Virus record (IMG/VR): IMGVR_UViG_3300045988_159754
From: a virus
DNA: 14,518 nucleotides
Direction: 5' to 3' (one strand)
Below, in pieces: positions 4,717 to 13,379 of this stretch. The position numbers were made by a program, and so were the translations under genes. Each line of letters starts with the position of its first letter. Position 1 is the stretch's first letter. The notes beneath the pieces were generated by a model. That model was not told where the DNA came from, did not search any database, and was given only the letters and a program-made list of their open reading frames with translations.

Positions 4717-5268
4717 ATGGCAAGCTATCCGCAATGTATCACCGATGAAAGCACAATCACAGTGACCGCAGCATATCCGTATTATTCGGACGGATCGCAC
4801 CACGGCGGCATTGACACCAAGCATCCAACTGATTTTTTGGCGTTTGCCCCGCAGGCCGGAACGATTGTGACTGCGCACACTTGGCAAGGCGGCAAAACTG
4901 GCAATGACAGTTGGGGCAACTATATCGTGGTAGATATGGGCAACAAACGTTATTGGCTGGCTGCGCACTTTAAGGCACAGACACATAAGGTCGGAGAGGT
5001 ACTCAAAGCGGGCGACTTGATCGGCACACAGGGTCAGACCGGCAATGCAACCGGTGTGCATACCCATTGGGAATATTGGGCGGGCGGTCGCTCTACTCGT
5101 TACCGTCAAGATCCATCCCGGATTTTGGGCATCCCTAACGCGGTTGGTAAGTATGATGTAACATGGAGCGCAGACAATCCGCCCGGTCCCGGCCCGGAGC
5201 CGCCCACGCCGAGTAAAAAAGCAATCCCGGTATGGCTATTGCTTAAAATGGCAAGGGGGTGCAAATAA
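4717..5268 (+). CDS. Peptidase M23 (lysostaphin/LytM-type) peptidoglycan endopeptidase
   Basis: ATG-4717 lies 8 nt after AAAGGAG; the track start at 4684 overlaps the upstream gene. HHGGID (HxxxD) and GNATGVHTHWE (HxH) are the M23 zinc-ligand motifs. A Pro-rich linker PPGPGPEPPTP is followed by a short hydrophobic/basic tail, KKAIPVWLLLKMARGCK. Confidence 0.85.
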   Translation: MASYPQCITDESTITVTAAYPYYSDGSHHGGIDTKHPTDFLAFAPQAGTIVTAHTWQGGKTGNDSWGNYIVVDMGNKRYWLAAHFKAQTHKVGEVLKAGDLIGTQGQTGNATGVHTHWEYWAGGRSTRYRQDPSRILGIPNAVGKYDVTWSADNPPGPGPEPPTPSKKAIPVWLLLKMARGCK

Positions 5269-6179
5269 TGCAGGCCGCGCCTTATATGTACGATTACATC
5301 AACGCAGAAGTAAGTCAGCACAGCCCTAGCACGGTACACACCAAAAACACAGAGCTGCAACGCTTTTTTGCCCGCTACTTGCTGCAAAAAGCAATGTCTG
5401 TATTTAAGTGGGACTTGCCGGAAACGTGGGACAGAGACTATTTTTTGTATGTTTTGTACGGCATCGGCTATATTGCCGTACTCAACACTGACAAGTACGG
5501 AGTTATCCCGCAGCAGTGCGGGCTTGACGGGTACAACATCTTTTATCAGCCCAAACGTGCCCTTGTCACAAATCCCCTGCTTCGAGGTTTGCGCCAGTTG
5601 GAGATCGGCACGCAATGCACGCTTATCAAGCTGCAACCTGATTATGGCAGCGTTATGGACTTGGTGGGATTTTATGCCGATATGATGGCATTGACCGCGG
5701 AAACCGCAGGTGTAAACCTTGTCAATAGCCGTTTGTCCTATGTGTTTTTTGGTAAAAATAAAAACACGGCGGAGAGCCAGAAAAAACTGTTTGACCGTGT
5801 AGCAAGCGGTGAGCCAGCAACATTTGTTGATACCGCGTTGTATGATGTCCAGAGCGGCAACCCCTCTTGGATACCTTTTCAGCAAAATGTGGGGCAAAAC
5901 TATATTGCCGGTGATGCGTTGGCAGACCTGCGCAAGTGGGAAATGATGTTTGACACGGACGTTGGTATCCCTAACGCAAACACAGACAAAAAAGAGCGCC
6001 TTATCAGCGATGAGGTCAACGCGAACAACGTGGAAGTAACCAGCAAAGCGGATCTGTGGCTGGATCAGCTGCAAAAGAGTTTTTCCCAAACTAGCAAAAT
6101 GTTTGGCATCAAACTTGGCGTGGAGTGGCGCAATAAGCCGCAGATCAGCGCGGGAAGTGAGGGCGGCGAAGATGAGTAG
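5268..6179 (+). CDS. Portal / upper collar connector protein (phi29 gp10-like)
   Basis: ATG-5268 overlaps the M23 stop (TAATG), with SD AAGGGGG 8 nt upstream. It is 303 aa versus about 309 aa for phi29 gp10. GIPNANTDKKERLISDEVNAN matches phi29 gp10 [21 protein letters not shown] as I remember it. Confidence 0.85.
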   Translation: MQAAPYMYDYINAEVSQHSPSTVHTKNTELQRFFARYLLQKAMSVFKWDLPETWDRDYFLYVLYGIGYIAVLNTDKYGVIPQQCGLDGYNIFYQPKRALVTNPLLRGLRQLEIGTQCTLIKLQPDYGSVMDLVGFYADMMALTAETAGVNLVNSRLSYVFFGKNKNTAESQKKLFDRVASGEPATFVDTALYDVQSGNPSWIPFQQNVGQNYIAGDALADLRKWEMMFDTDVGIPNANTDKKERLISDEVNANNVEVTSKADLWLDQLQKSFSQTSKMFGIKLGVEWRNKPQISAGSEGGEDE

Positions 6180-6783
6180 AGCAACCTTGTCACTGTTAGG
6201 GCTGTATCAATACGACAATAGCATTTTTGATGAGCTTGTGTTGCCGGATGGCATGGACAAACAACTGTACATCAACAATCTGTTGATGGAGACAGCGGAA
6301 ATGGAAGTGCTTTTTTCAAACCCCGCAACCATGCGCTCTGTCATTGGCATTTGGTCAAGCGCACATTTGGACAGTTGGGAAAAGATGTGGAACACAACAA
6401 AGCTGGAATACAACCCAATTGAAAACTATGACCGGCAAGAGGATTGGACAGACAATAACCAAACTAATAGCAATGTGCAGAGCACCGACACGGGCAAGGG
6501 TAAAAATCATAGTACCGATATTAGCAAGGCGGCTGGCTTTGACAGCGGAAACCTTGTTACCAGCGGTCAAAATGACAATGATAGCACCAATGAGAGCACA
6601 CAGACCGGCAAAAGCGAGGGCAACAGCAAGGAAGAGTTAAAACACACGGGGCGAGTACACGGCAACATTGGTGTAACAACCAGTCAGCAGATGATCGAAG
6701 AGGAACGCCGTGTTGCTGATTGGAACATGTACGATTATTTGATTGATAAATTCAAACAACAGTTCTTGCTTTTGATATACTAA
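6172..6783 (+). CDS. Lower collar protein (phi29 gp11-like), putative
   Basis: ATG-6172 overlaps the portal stop by 8 nt. It lies directly after the portal gene. The protein has a helical N-terminus, a central Ser/Thr/Asn/Gly-rich loop region (QTNSNVQSTDTGKGKNHSTD...) and a hydrophobic C-terminus, as expected for a collar tube protein. The call is positional and compositional. Confidence 0.55.
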   Translation: MSRATLSLLGLYQYDNSIFDELVLPDGMDKQLYINNLLMETAEMEVLFSNPATMRSVIGIWSSAHLDSWEKMWNTTKLEYNPIENYDRQEDWTDNNQTNSNVQSTDTGKGKNHSTDISKAAGFDSGNLVTSGQNDNDSTNESTQTGKSEGNSKEELKHTGRVHGNIGVTTSQQMIEEERRVADWNMYDYLIDKFKQQFLLLIY

Positions 6784-6794
6784 TAGCGTATAAT
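6766..6794 (+). promoter_or_regulatory. Possible internal promoter ahead of the appendage genes
   Basis: TTGCTT (6766-6771), a 17-nt spacer, and a perfect TATAAT (6789-6794), 22 nt upstream of ATG-6817. The -35 is weak. Confidence 0.3.
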
Positions 6795-6816
6795 AATATT
6801 GAAAGGCGGTGAAATA

Positions 6817-7443
6817 ATGTTTACTGAAAAATGGCCGTACAGCGATTTTCATAATCTTAATCTTGATTGGATTCTGGAAACGCTGAAAAACCAAAACAAA
6901 ACGATTGCCGATTTTATTGTACTCAATTCGATCACTTATGCTGACCCGTTGCAATGGGATATTACACGTCAGTATCCTAAAAATTGTGTAGTGCTGGACA
7001 CTAACGGCGATGGTTATTTGAGTGTACAACCTGTTCCGATTGGGGTTGATATTGAAAATATCAACTACTGGACTAAAATCGGCAACTTCTCCGAACTTTG
7101 GGCAAGCGTAAAATTCGCAATCACCCCGGCAGACGAAAAACTCAAAACCACGGCGAGCGCAAACCGCAATATTAACGATCTTGTATGGTTGGGTGCAGAT
7201 CTGTATGTTATTATCAAACCTATGGATGCAGGCACCCGATACATTGAGGGCACCAACTGCGCTAAAACCAGCATCGCGGAACGCTTGCATTATATTCTAT
7301 CTCTCGCCGTTGCAAAGTACGATGCTAGTGATACCAGTATTAGCTTTGGATTCTTTACACCCGATACTGGCGAGGTAGTAACCGGCGGAGATATCCATAT
7401 TTATGATAAACCGGTCGAAACTATTAAAATTGTCGGTAAATAA
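6817..7443 (+). CDS. Tail appendage or fibre protein (N-terminal anchor-type domain)
   Basis: ATG-6817 follows AAAGGCGGTGA. The HNLNLDWILETLKN and YLSVQPVPIGVDIENINYWTKI motifs resemble the N-terminal regions of tail fibre and tailspike proteins from Firmicutes phages. This is a recollection, not a search. Confidence 0.5.
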   Translation: MFTEKWPYSDFHNLNLDWILETLKNQNKTIADFIVLNSITYADPLQWDITRQYPKNCVVLDTNGDGYLSVQPVPIGVDIENINYWTKIGNFSELWASVKFAITPADEKLKTTASANRNINDLVWLGADLYVIIKPMDAGTRYIEGTNCAKTSIAERLHYILSLAVAKYDASDTSISFGFFTPDTGEVVTGGDIHIYDKPVETIKIVGK

Positions 7444-7460
7444 GAAAGTGAGGTAATAAT

Positions 7461-7676
7461 ATGGCTGCACAGTATGTTAGTAAATTTAATCTTGGTGGCG
7501 AAGATATTGAGGTAAAGGACATCACAGCTCGTACTACTGCAAGCACGGCGAGCACAAACGCAACTAATGCTCTTAATAAAGTAACGGAGCTGGAAAAACT
7601 GTCGCGTGTAGAAGTGGCATACACCGCCGCAACCGAAACTATCAGCATTACTACTGGCACTCATGATATCACCTAA
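7461..7676 (+). CDS. Small fibre-associated protein (71 aa)
   Basis: SD GTGAGGT lies 7 nt upstream. The N-terminal YVSKFNLGGEDIEVKD is shared with the N-terminus of the next protein. A Thr/Ser/Ala-rich segment and a short helical segment follow. Confidence 0.6.
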   Translation: MAAQYVSKFNLGGEDIEVKDITARTTASTASTNATNALNKVTELEKLSRVEVAYTAATETISITTGTHDIT

Positions 7677-7691
7677 TAAGGGGGTGTAATA

Positions 7692-9677
7692 ATGCCATAC
7701 GTTGACAAATTCAAAATTGACAGCGAGATATACATCGTAAAAGACACAGATGGCCGCAACAATACGGAAAAAAAGCTTGATAAAGCTACTAATGGTAATG
7801 CAAGCGCAACCAGCACTGGCGCGTTTACTATCGAAGCCGGCACCACTCTAACCTTGCGGGCAAACAACAAAACCGTTATGACCGCACAGAGCAACGGCAA
7901 CAGTCAGTTCGGCAACGCCAGCGCTGAAACCGTCATTGCAGGCACATCTTTGGGTTTATCGACTGCTGCTGTTGAAGGTTTTTCCGAAGATTTTGACGCA
8001 TTCCCCTTTAACGATAAAAACGGTGAGGCTCATAAATTTGCGGTGCTCAAAAACGGTGCCAAAATTGTTAAACCCTCGCCGCGTTCGATCGAAGAGTTTC
8101 AAACCCTAAAAAAGGACGGCACCGACGATATAACCGCAACGCTGAACACATACACCAAACAATTTCCGCTGTTCATTCCAATGGGCACATATAAGATCAG
8201 CGCACCGGTGCAGCTTAAGCATAGCTTGTATGGCGCGGCATCCTCGCGAGATCCCGCTCGCGGAACCAGCGACACCATTTTGCAGTATACCGACAACCCA
8301 ACGGCGTTTGGCAGTCGTGGCGTTATTACGGTATCGGGCGACGATGTGACAGGCAACATTGTGATTGCAAATCTTGACATTATTTGCAACGGCATGATCG
8401 GTGGCATCGTATTTACCACCAACAAATACACCGACAATTACATCTATAATGTAAGTATCGGCGGGGTCAAATCTTATGGCGTGTATTTGCAACCTACTGT
8501 TAGCACGTTAAACCGCTACTGCTATATGGATAACATTTCGGTATGGGGATTCAGTGACGTACACCCAACAGAGCGTGTAACCGGTAACACGGCTTTCTAT
8601 TGGGGTGACCGTGCGCCCGATTGCATTTGCAATAACCTGCTTGCAATGGTATGCCAGACCGGATTTGACTGTCGGACTAATGTGATTGGTTGCAACTGGA
8701 TTACTTATCATGGCATTCCGGCAGGCGGCGCCGGAGGCGTGGGGGCAGACACATGGTGGGATAATACCAACGGACTTAAAATCACTAACAATGACGTACA
8801 CATCACTAACCTGTATCTGGATACTTGCCGCAGGGGCATTGTATTTGACGGGCCCGGAAAGGCTGCCGCATACATCAACAACCTGATTTACACGATCGAT
8901 GACAACACGGCAACCACCGGAGAGGGCTTCGCAGCAATTGCAGTGATTGGCACAAGCCCTAGCCCGCAGTTGACGGTTGACGGCGGTGTAATTAACCGCA
9001 GCGCCAAAGTATCTACTACAATACAGAGCATCGGGCAATATCCCGTCACTGCCATGGTGTGCAAAATCAATAATGCATATATCTACACCAAGCGAGAGTA
9101 TATTTTTACCGGCAATAGCCAGTATATTTGCAAGGCTGGCGAACATCGGTGTATTGACCTTGCAATCACAGATCAGATGCAGTACACCATTGCGGGGCAA
9201 TCAGAGGTTGGGGATCCAGAGCAGTACAAGGCTTTTGCTTATATGCCGATTCCGACCGGTGGCATCAGCTCACAGGGGTGCATCCGTATCTCTGATATCA
9301 ATGATGTGGATTGCACCATTTATATTTCCAATAACCCCACAACCGGCGGCTTGTTTGCAATCAGTGCGGTTGATAACCGCAAACTTAATCTGTCGATTTA
9401 TAACGTGACACCCGGAGCAGGCAAGACAGTTACATGGGATGTTGTCAGCGACATTGACCGGCTGTATTATGCCAATGACGGCAATGCTATTATCCTGTAT
9501 TGCAAGCGCCCTGCATCCTATGCGTACACGGTGCAGGTATCCGGCTTTCAGCCGGGAAATTCGCCGATAATGCTTGACCGGATCCGCAACATGGACGGCA
9601 CGCCCATGGATTTCCCGCGGTGGAATAATCATGACGGCATGACTGCTATCAAGATTTTGCGGCCTAACATCTCTTAA
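7692..9677 (+). CDS. Tailspike / pre-neck-appendage-like protein with probable right-handed beta-helix (phi29 gp12-like role)
   Basis: 661 aa, with SD AAGGGGGTG upstream. DDITATLNTYTKQFPLFIPMGTYKISAPVQL resembles the start of a pectate-lyase-3 type beta-helix. Repetitive short Gly/Asn/Ile-rich strands follow. It is the last gene of the structural arm. Confidence 0.6.
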   Translation: MPYVDKFKIDSEIYIVKDTDGRNNTEKKLDKATNGNASATSTGAFTIEAGTTLTLRANNKTVMTAQSNGNSQFGNASAETVIAGTSLGLSTAAVEGFSEDFDAFPFNDKNGEAHKFAVLKNGAKIVKPSPRSIEEFQTLKKDGTDDITATLNTYTKQFPLFIPMGTYKISAPVQLKHSLYGAASSRDPARGTSDTILQYTDNPTAFGSRGVITVSGDDVTGNIVIANLDIICNGMIGGIVFTTNKYTDNYIYNVSIGGVKSYGVYLQPTVSTLNRYCYMDNISVWGFSDVHPTERVTGNTAFYWGDRAPDCICNNLLAMVCQTGFDCRTNVIGCNWITYHGIPAGGAGGVGADTWWDNTNGLKITNNDVHITNLYLDTCRRGIVFDGPGKAAAYINNLIYTIDDNTATTGEGFAAIAVIGTSPSPQLTVDGGVINRSAKVSTTIQSIGQYPVTAMVCKINNAYIYTKREYIFTGNSQYICKAGEHRCIDLAITDQMQYTIAGQSEVGDPEQYKAFAYMPIPTGGISSQGCIRISDINDVDCTIYISNNPTTGGLFAISAVDNRKLNLSIYNVTPGAGKTVTWDVVSDIDRLYYANDGNAIILYCKRPASYAYTVQVSGFQPGNSPIMLDRIRNMDGTPMDFPRWNNHDGMTAIKILRPNIS

Positions 9678-9683
9678 CAGCAA

Positions 9684-9720
9684 CAGCCCCTGCCAATACG
9701 GCAGGGGCTGTTTTTATTTT
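9684..9720. terminator. Bidirectional Rho-independent terminator where the two arms converge
   Basis: An 11-bp perfect stem pairs CAGCCCCTGCC (9684-9694) with GGCAGGGGCTG (9700-9710) around a 5-nt loop, followed by TTTTTATTTT. It lies 7 nt after the + strand stop (9677) and abuts the stop of the - strand ATPase gene (9714-9716). Confidence 0.85.
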
Positions 9721-10763
9721 TTACTGCCCTCACGGAAATATTTGTCTAACAGTACTTCACAAATTGGGCTTTCAAAGCAGATTGTATTTGACAGGTAGTA
9801 ACTAATGCGCAGCCATACAAAATTGTTATTAAACAATTTAAGGTCGCGTTCCGCGGCGGTGTACCGAGGGCAAGCACCGCTTGAATGAGTAGTGCAATAG
9901 TATGTGTCTTTTGACTTATGTTTATAGATTGTCAACTCACCTACATTTACAATAGGTTTATACTCAATAAGACGTTTGGAGCCTATGTTACTATATGCCT
10001 GCCCAAAATCGTTACTAATTGCCATTTTGTAAAAGGCGCTGTTTTTAGTCATACGATATAGTGCGGTATCCGTTTTTAATTTGCTGATGGGCGAATTAAA
10101 AAGCATCACAATTGCACAGTTTTTATCTTTAAGAATCCGCACTTCTTGTTTTTTATCCTGCATGGTTTGCGCAATATTGACCAACTCCAAATCCATAAAA
10201 ATAGGATTTGCGATATTATTCGAGTTTGCAAGACAAATCATTTTTAATGCCGGCTTGCCTTTTAATTCCCGGTTGCGGTTAATCGTTTCATACGCATTAT
10301 AAAATGCGCCCGCTTCTCCTTTTATCGGACGTTCATGGTTTTCACCAATAAATTCATCAAAAATAGTGATTTTTACTTCTTCGATATTAAAACCACGCAG
10401 GTTGGCAACCGTGGACAGCGCACAGGTAAAGCCAAGTGGCTCTCCTGTTTCGGGCTTGCCGTCCTCATCACAATTATAAAGAGCGCAGCAGCCTTTTGCA
10501 ATCGGCAAAGGCTGGATGTTGCACCCATAGTCCTCATTGATTGGTTTGAATGGACTGAAAAAAGGATTTGTTACCATATCCAGCTGTGTTTGTGTCCGGC
10601 GCATGTAAGTATATAGCATGTTGTGCTCTTTAAGCCATGCAAGCGCACCATAGGTTTTACCTGTGGCACGTCCGCCAACGACATAAATAAAATCAACTGG
10701 CAAATTGACAATATAATCAAAATTTAAGTATCCGCTATCAAGATACAGTTTTTGCTTTTGCAT
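9714..10763 (-). CDS. DNA encapsidation (packaging) ATPase, phi29 gp16-like
   Basis: 349 aa. Walker A is GGRATGKT and the Walker B-like block is ITIFDEFIGE. MICLANSNNIANPIF matches phi29 gp16 CICLSNAVSVVNPYF, and RNRE is shared, as I remember the phi29 sequence. Confidence 0.85.
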   Translation of the reverse strand: MQKQKLYLDSGYLNFDYIVNLPVDFIYVVGGRATGKTYGALAWLKEHNMLYTYMRRTQTQLDMVTNPFFSPFKPINEDYGCNIQPLPIAKGCCALYNCDEDGKPETGEPLGFTCALSTVANLRGFNIEEVKITIFDEFIGENHERPIKGEAGAFYNAYETINRNRELKGKPALKMICLANSNNIANPIFMDLELVNIAQTMQDKKQEVRILKDKNCAIVMLFNSPISKLKTDTALYRMTKNSAFYKMAISNDFGQAYSNIGSKRLIEYKPIVNVGELTIYKHKSKDTYYCTTHSSGACPRYTAAERDLKLFNNNFVWLRISYYLSNTICFESPICEVLLDKYFREGSKK

Positions 10764-10784
10764 ATTAACCTACTTTCATATTTC

Positions 10785-10817
10785 AAAAGGGCGGCGGTTT
10801 CAAGCCGCCGCCCTTTT
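10785..10817 (-). terminator. Rho-independent terminator between the SSB-like gene and the ATPase gene
   Basis: On the minus strand: AAAAGGGCGGCGG-CTTGAAA-CCGCCGCCCTTTTG. The GC stem is 9 bp (10789-10797 with 10805-10813). A and T runs flank it on both sides, so it could act in either direction. Confidence 0.8.
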
Positions 10818-10850
10818 GTTGGGGAGGAATTATGTCAAGAATGGAAATGT

Positions 10851-11201
10851 TTAGTTCATTTTGCAGCCAATGAAGTGTCTACCGTTTTTGCTTTCGCCGC
10901 CGATGACCTCAATGTCAACATTGGTCAGGTCAGCACCGTACTGGTCAACCATTTCAACAATCGCGGTAAAATCGCGTTTGAAAGTATCGGAAATAGTGCT
11001 GAAAGTATCGCCCTCGTTCGTGAGAACTGCAAGAATCTCCTGCTCTTCACCTTTGGCGTTTACATCCTCATACAGGGCATAAGCTTCAACGTTAAAAGTT
11101 GCACCTTCCAACGTTTTCATGTTGCGGCTTTCGGGGGTGCAGGTCAGGTTGTAAGCCTGTTTCAGGGTCAGATTTTCGGGAAAGCTCTTTGTGATTTTCA
11201 T
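10851..11201 (-). CDS. Single-stranded DNA-binding protein, phi29 p5-like (putative)
   Basis: 116 aa, with SD AAGGAG 9 nt upstream. It lies directly downstream of PolB. EGDTFSTISDTF and DIEVIGGESKNGRHFIGCKM resemble phi29 p5 DGSLYSAISKTV and KVKVVQGTSSKGNVFFSLQL as I remember them. phi29 p5 is of similar size (124 aa). Confidence 0.55.
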   Translation of the reverse strand: MKITKSFPENLTLKQAYNLTCTPESRNMKTLEGATFNVEAYALYEDVNAKGEEQEILAVLTNEGDTFSTISDTFKRDFTAIVEMVDQYGADLTNVDIEVIGGESKNGRHFIGCKMN

Positions 11202-11252
11202 GATTGTTTACTCCTTTGTTCGTGTGTTTATGTTTTGTAGCTTCTTGCTACA

Positions 11253-11280
11253 ATTATATGATACCGCTGTATTGACCTAA
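11253..11280 (-). promoter_or_regulatory. Candidate internal promoter for the SSB-like gene
   Basis: On the minus strand: TTAGGT (11280-11275), a 16-nt spacer, and TATAAT (11258-11253). A 6-bp stem hairpin or palindrome TGTAGC-n5-GCTACA (11236-11252) follows immediately. Confidence 0.4.
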
Positions 11281-11282
11281 TG

Positions 11283-13379
11283 TCAATATCCATTTTCAAA
11301 ATATTCATCCAGTCTGCCAATTCCTTTTCGGGTGTAGTCGCAGCGCAAAAGCAAGTCCATATATTCCGCAGTTATTCCTAGTTTATAGGTGCTTTCGCGG
11401 ATAACAACGTTTGATGTAATTGGCAATGTGTGACCGTCTATTGTAATGCTGTCCATCTCTGGACTATCATTGTATATGGATTCTGTGCCGCCTGCGTCAC
11501 GAAAAACAAAACCGGGCTTAAATGCATCAATACCGCCGCAGCGTTCCAGCTCTTTTGCGCCCTCTTTTTTATTTACACCGGCAATTGTGCAGCACAGTGG
11601 GCTTTCCTGCGTTTCGCGGTAACAATATTTTTTCGCGCCCAACGTGGCAAATTCGCACATATCATGTTCAGGTTCAAACACGCCCATATAATGCATTTTA
11701 CCGGACGGGTCTGCTGCATAAGCACCGGAAGTTTTACTGTCTTTGATTCTTGCTTTGTTGTATTTTGTCCAGTCAATGTTGCCCAAATATTTTACGGAAT
11801 CAGTATCACAATAGACAAAGCCATCCCCTGCAAGCTCTATTCCCTCTTCAAGTCGATAACGCGCATTTGCAGTTACCCAAACGCCCCATTGATAGCACAA
11901 AAAGGCATTGCGCAGATTTTGCGACAAAATATTTTCGATTGGCGTTTTTTCATCAATCTCAAATTCTTCCTCCGGAGTGTATAATATAGAGCGTTTGCCC
12001 GGGTCTTGTGCCATCATGCCATATATACTATTGAGCTTGTTTTTGCTTTTCATGTAGTACAGTTCTTGACCTTGCACATTCTTCAAACTGGTTTTTGCGC
12101 GGTAATAATCTATTGCACATTCAATCAGTTCGCGCGGCAATTTGGCATATGTGGATTGCCAACAGTCAAATGCCCTAAAACCGCTAAACTTGTACTCTTT
12201 AAGGATAATAGCAAGGTCAACATCCGTCACGGTTGTTTCAATGTATTTTGCGCTTAATATTCGCCCGTTGTCGCGGTCGGGGTCTATAACATTTCGGCTC
12301 TTATCAATTGTTAGATATGGGCAACCCCAGCAGGGGTTGATTAACTCAACGTCTGTTAATGCAATACGCATTATCAATGCTTTGCGGTGCTTGTTGAGTT
12401 TCCGCTTGAGTCCGTCCAGTGTTATTTCGCCGATGGGTTCAAATGCCCGCATTGGGTAAAGACAATTACATAGCACATCCGGGTAACTACTGCTTCGGTC
12501 TGCGCTCTGGATTTTACCGCGCAGCACTTGACCGGTATAATAGCGATTGGCGTGGGTATTTCCGCCGCGAAATGCTTCACGCAGCATTGTGTATAATTCT
12601 GCATCGGGCTGGATTGCGCCGAGACGTTCCAGCCCTGCGCGTTTCATTGCGGCGCGTGCATCGCGGCGCACATAGCCGGTTGAGGTTAGAGGGATTGTGT
12701 ACAGGTTGTCATTGTCGTGGTGCATTTCAATGGTTAGGGCTTCACACAGGCCGAGCACATCGTTTACACAATATTCTAGTTCATCATCAGACAACGGAGT
12801 CCATGGATAGCGGGGTTTATTGTAGTCAAATTTTACACCGGATAGTTTACCGTGGACAACGCCCATTTTGTGAGTGTACGCATCAAGGCTCATATTGCTA
12901 TGCAAATAGCTGCAACGGAATTCAAAAAAATCATCATACATCGTGCATTTCAGGACTTTACGGCAATCAACTGCAAAAATCTCATCATTTGTAAAATGGT
13001 AAATTCCCCGCAAAAACTGAAACTCGTATGACAGATTATGGACATAAACACAAAGTTGCAAATGGTAATCTTCTTGAGATTGTTCTTGCATGCAGGCTTC
13101 GAGACTAGCACACAATGCTTCAAATTCATCCCATGTTCTGCCAACAACAGTTAGATTGATAGGTTCTGCAAAATGCCATTGCCAAATATACATGACAGCT
13201 TGTTCTATCGACTTAATGCGAGTTGTTTCAATATCAAACGCTGTCACGATATCAAGCAATTTTGTCTTTTTGGTTCTTGTGATTTTCCGTTCCAACACCG
13301 GCAGCGCGGCAAACTCCTCAAGCGGGAAATCAATCACCGAACAAATGGCTTGCCCATTCTTCAAGGTCTTTACTTTCAA
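11283..13379 (-). CDS. Family-B DNA polymerase, protein-primed type (phi29 gp2-like)
   Basis: 698 aa. Motifs: Exo I FDIETT, Exo II HNLSYEF, Exo III YCVNDV, motif A DRSSSYP, motif B KNKLNSIYG, motif C YCDTDS, and KxY GAKKYCY. The TTG start at 13379 follows GGGGGGTAAGG. There is no in-frame ATG before Exo I. The gene overlaps the upstream gene by 50 nt. Confidence 0.92.
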   Translation of the reverse strand: MKVKTLKNGQAICSVIDFPLEEFAALPVLERKITRTKKTKLLDIVTAFDIETTRIKSIEQAVMYIWQWHFAEPINLTVVGRTWDEFEALCASLEACMQEQSQEDYHLQLCVYVHNLSYEFQFLRGIYHFTNDEIFAVDCRKVLKCTMYDDFFEFRCSYLHSNMSLDAYTHKMGVVHGKLSGVKFDYNKPRYPWTPLSDDELEYCVNDVLGLCEALTIEMHHDNDNLYTIPLTSTGYVRRDARAAMKRAGLERLGAIQPDAELYTMLREAFRGGNTHANRYYTGQVLRGKIQSADRSSSYPDVLCNCLYPMRAFEPIGEITLDGLKRKLNKHRKALIMRIALTDVELINPCWGCPYLTIDKSRNVIDPDRDNGRILSAKYIETTVTDVDLAIILKEYKFSGFRAFDCWQSTYAKLPRELIECAIDYYRAKTSLKNVQGQELYYMKSKNKLNSIYGMMAQDPGKRSILYTPEEEFEIDEKTPIENILSQNLRNAFLCYQWGVWVTANARYRLEEGIELAGDGFVYCDTDSVKYLGNIDWTKYNKARIKDSKTSGAYAADPSGKMHYMGVFEPEHDMCEFATLGAKKYCYRETQESPLCCTIAGVNKKEGAKELERCGGIDAFKPGFVFRDAGGTESIYNDSPEMDSITIDGHTLPITSNVVIRESTYKLGITAEYMDLLLRCDYTRKGIGRLDEYFENGY

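Noticed and set aside
10818-10850. TTGACA on the minus strand (10839-10834) as a possible promoter for the ATPase gene.
   Set aside because: No acceptable -10 follows at 16-19 nt; the sequence there is AAGGGC, part of the terminator stem. An alternative, TTGAAA-17-TATGAA, would leave almost no leader before the start codon.
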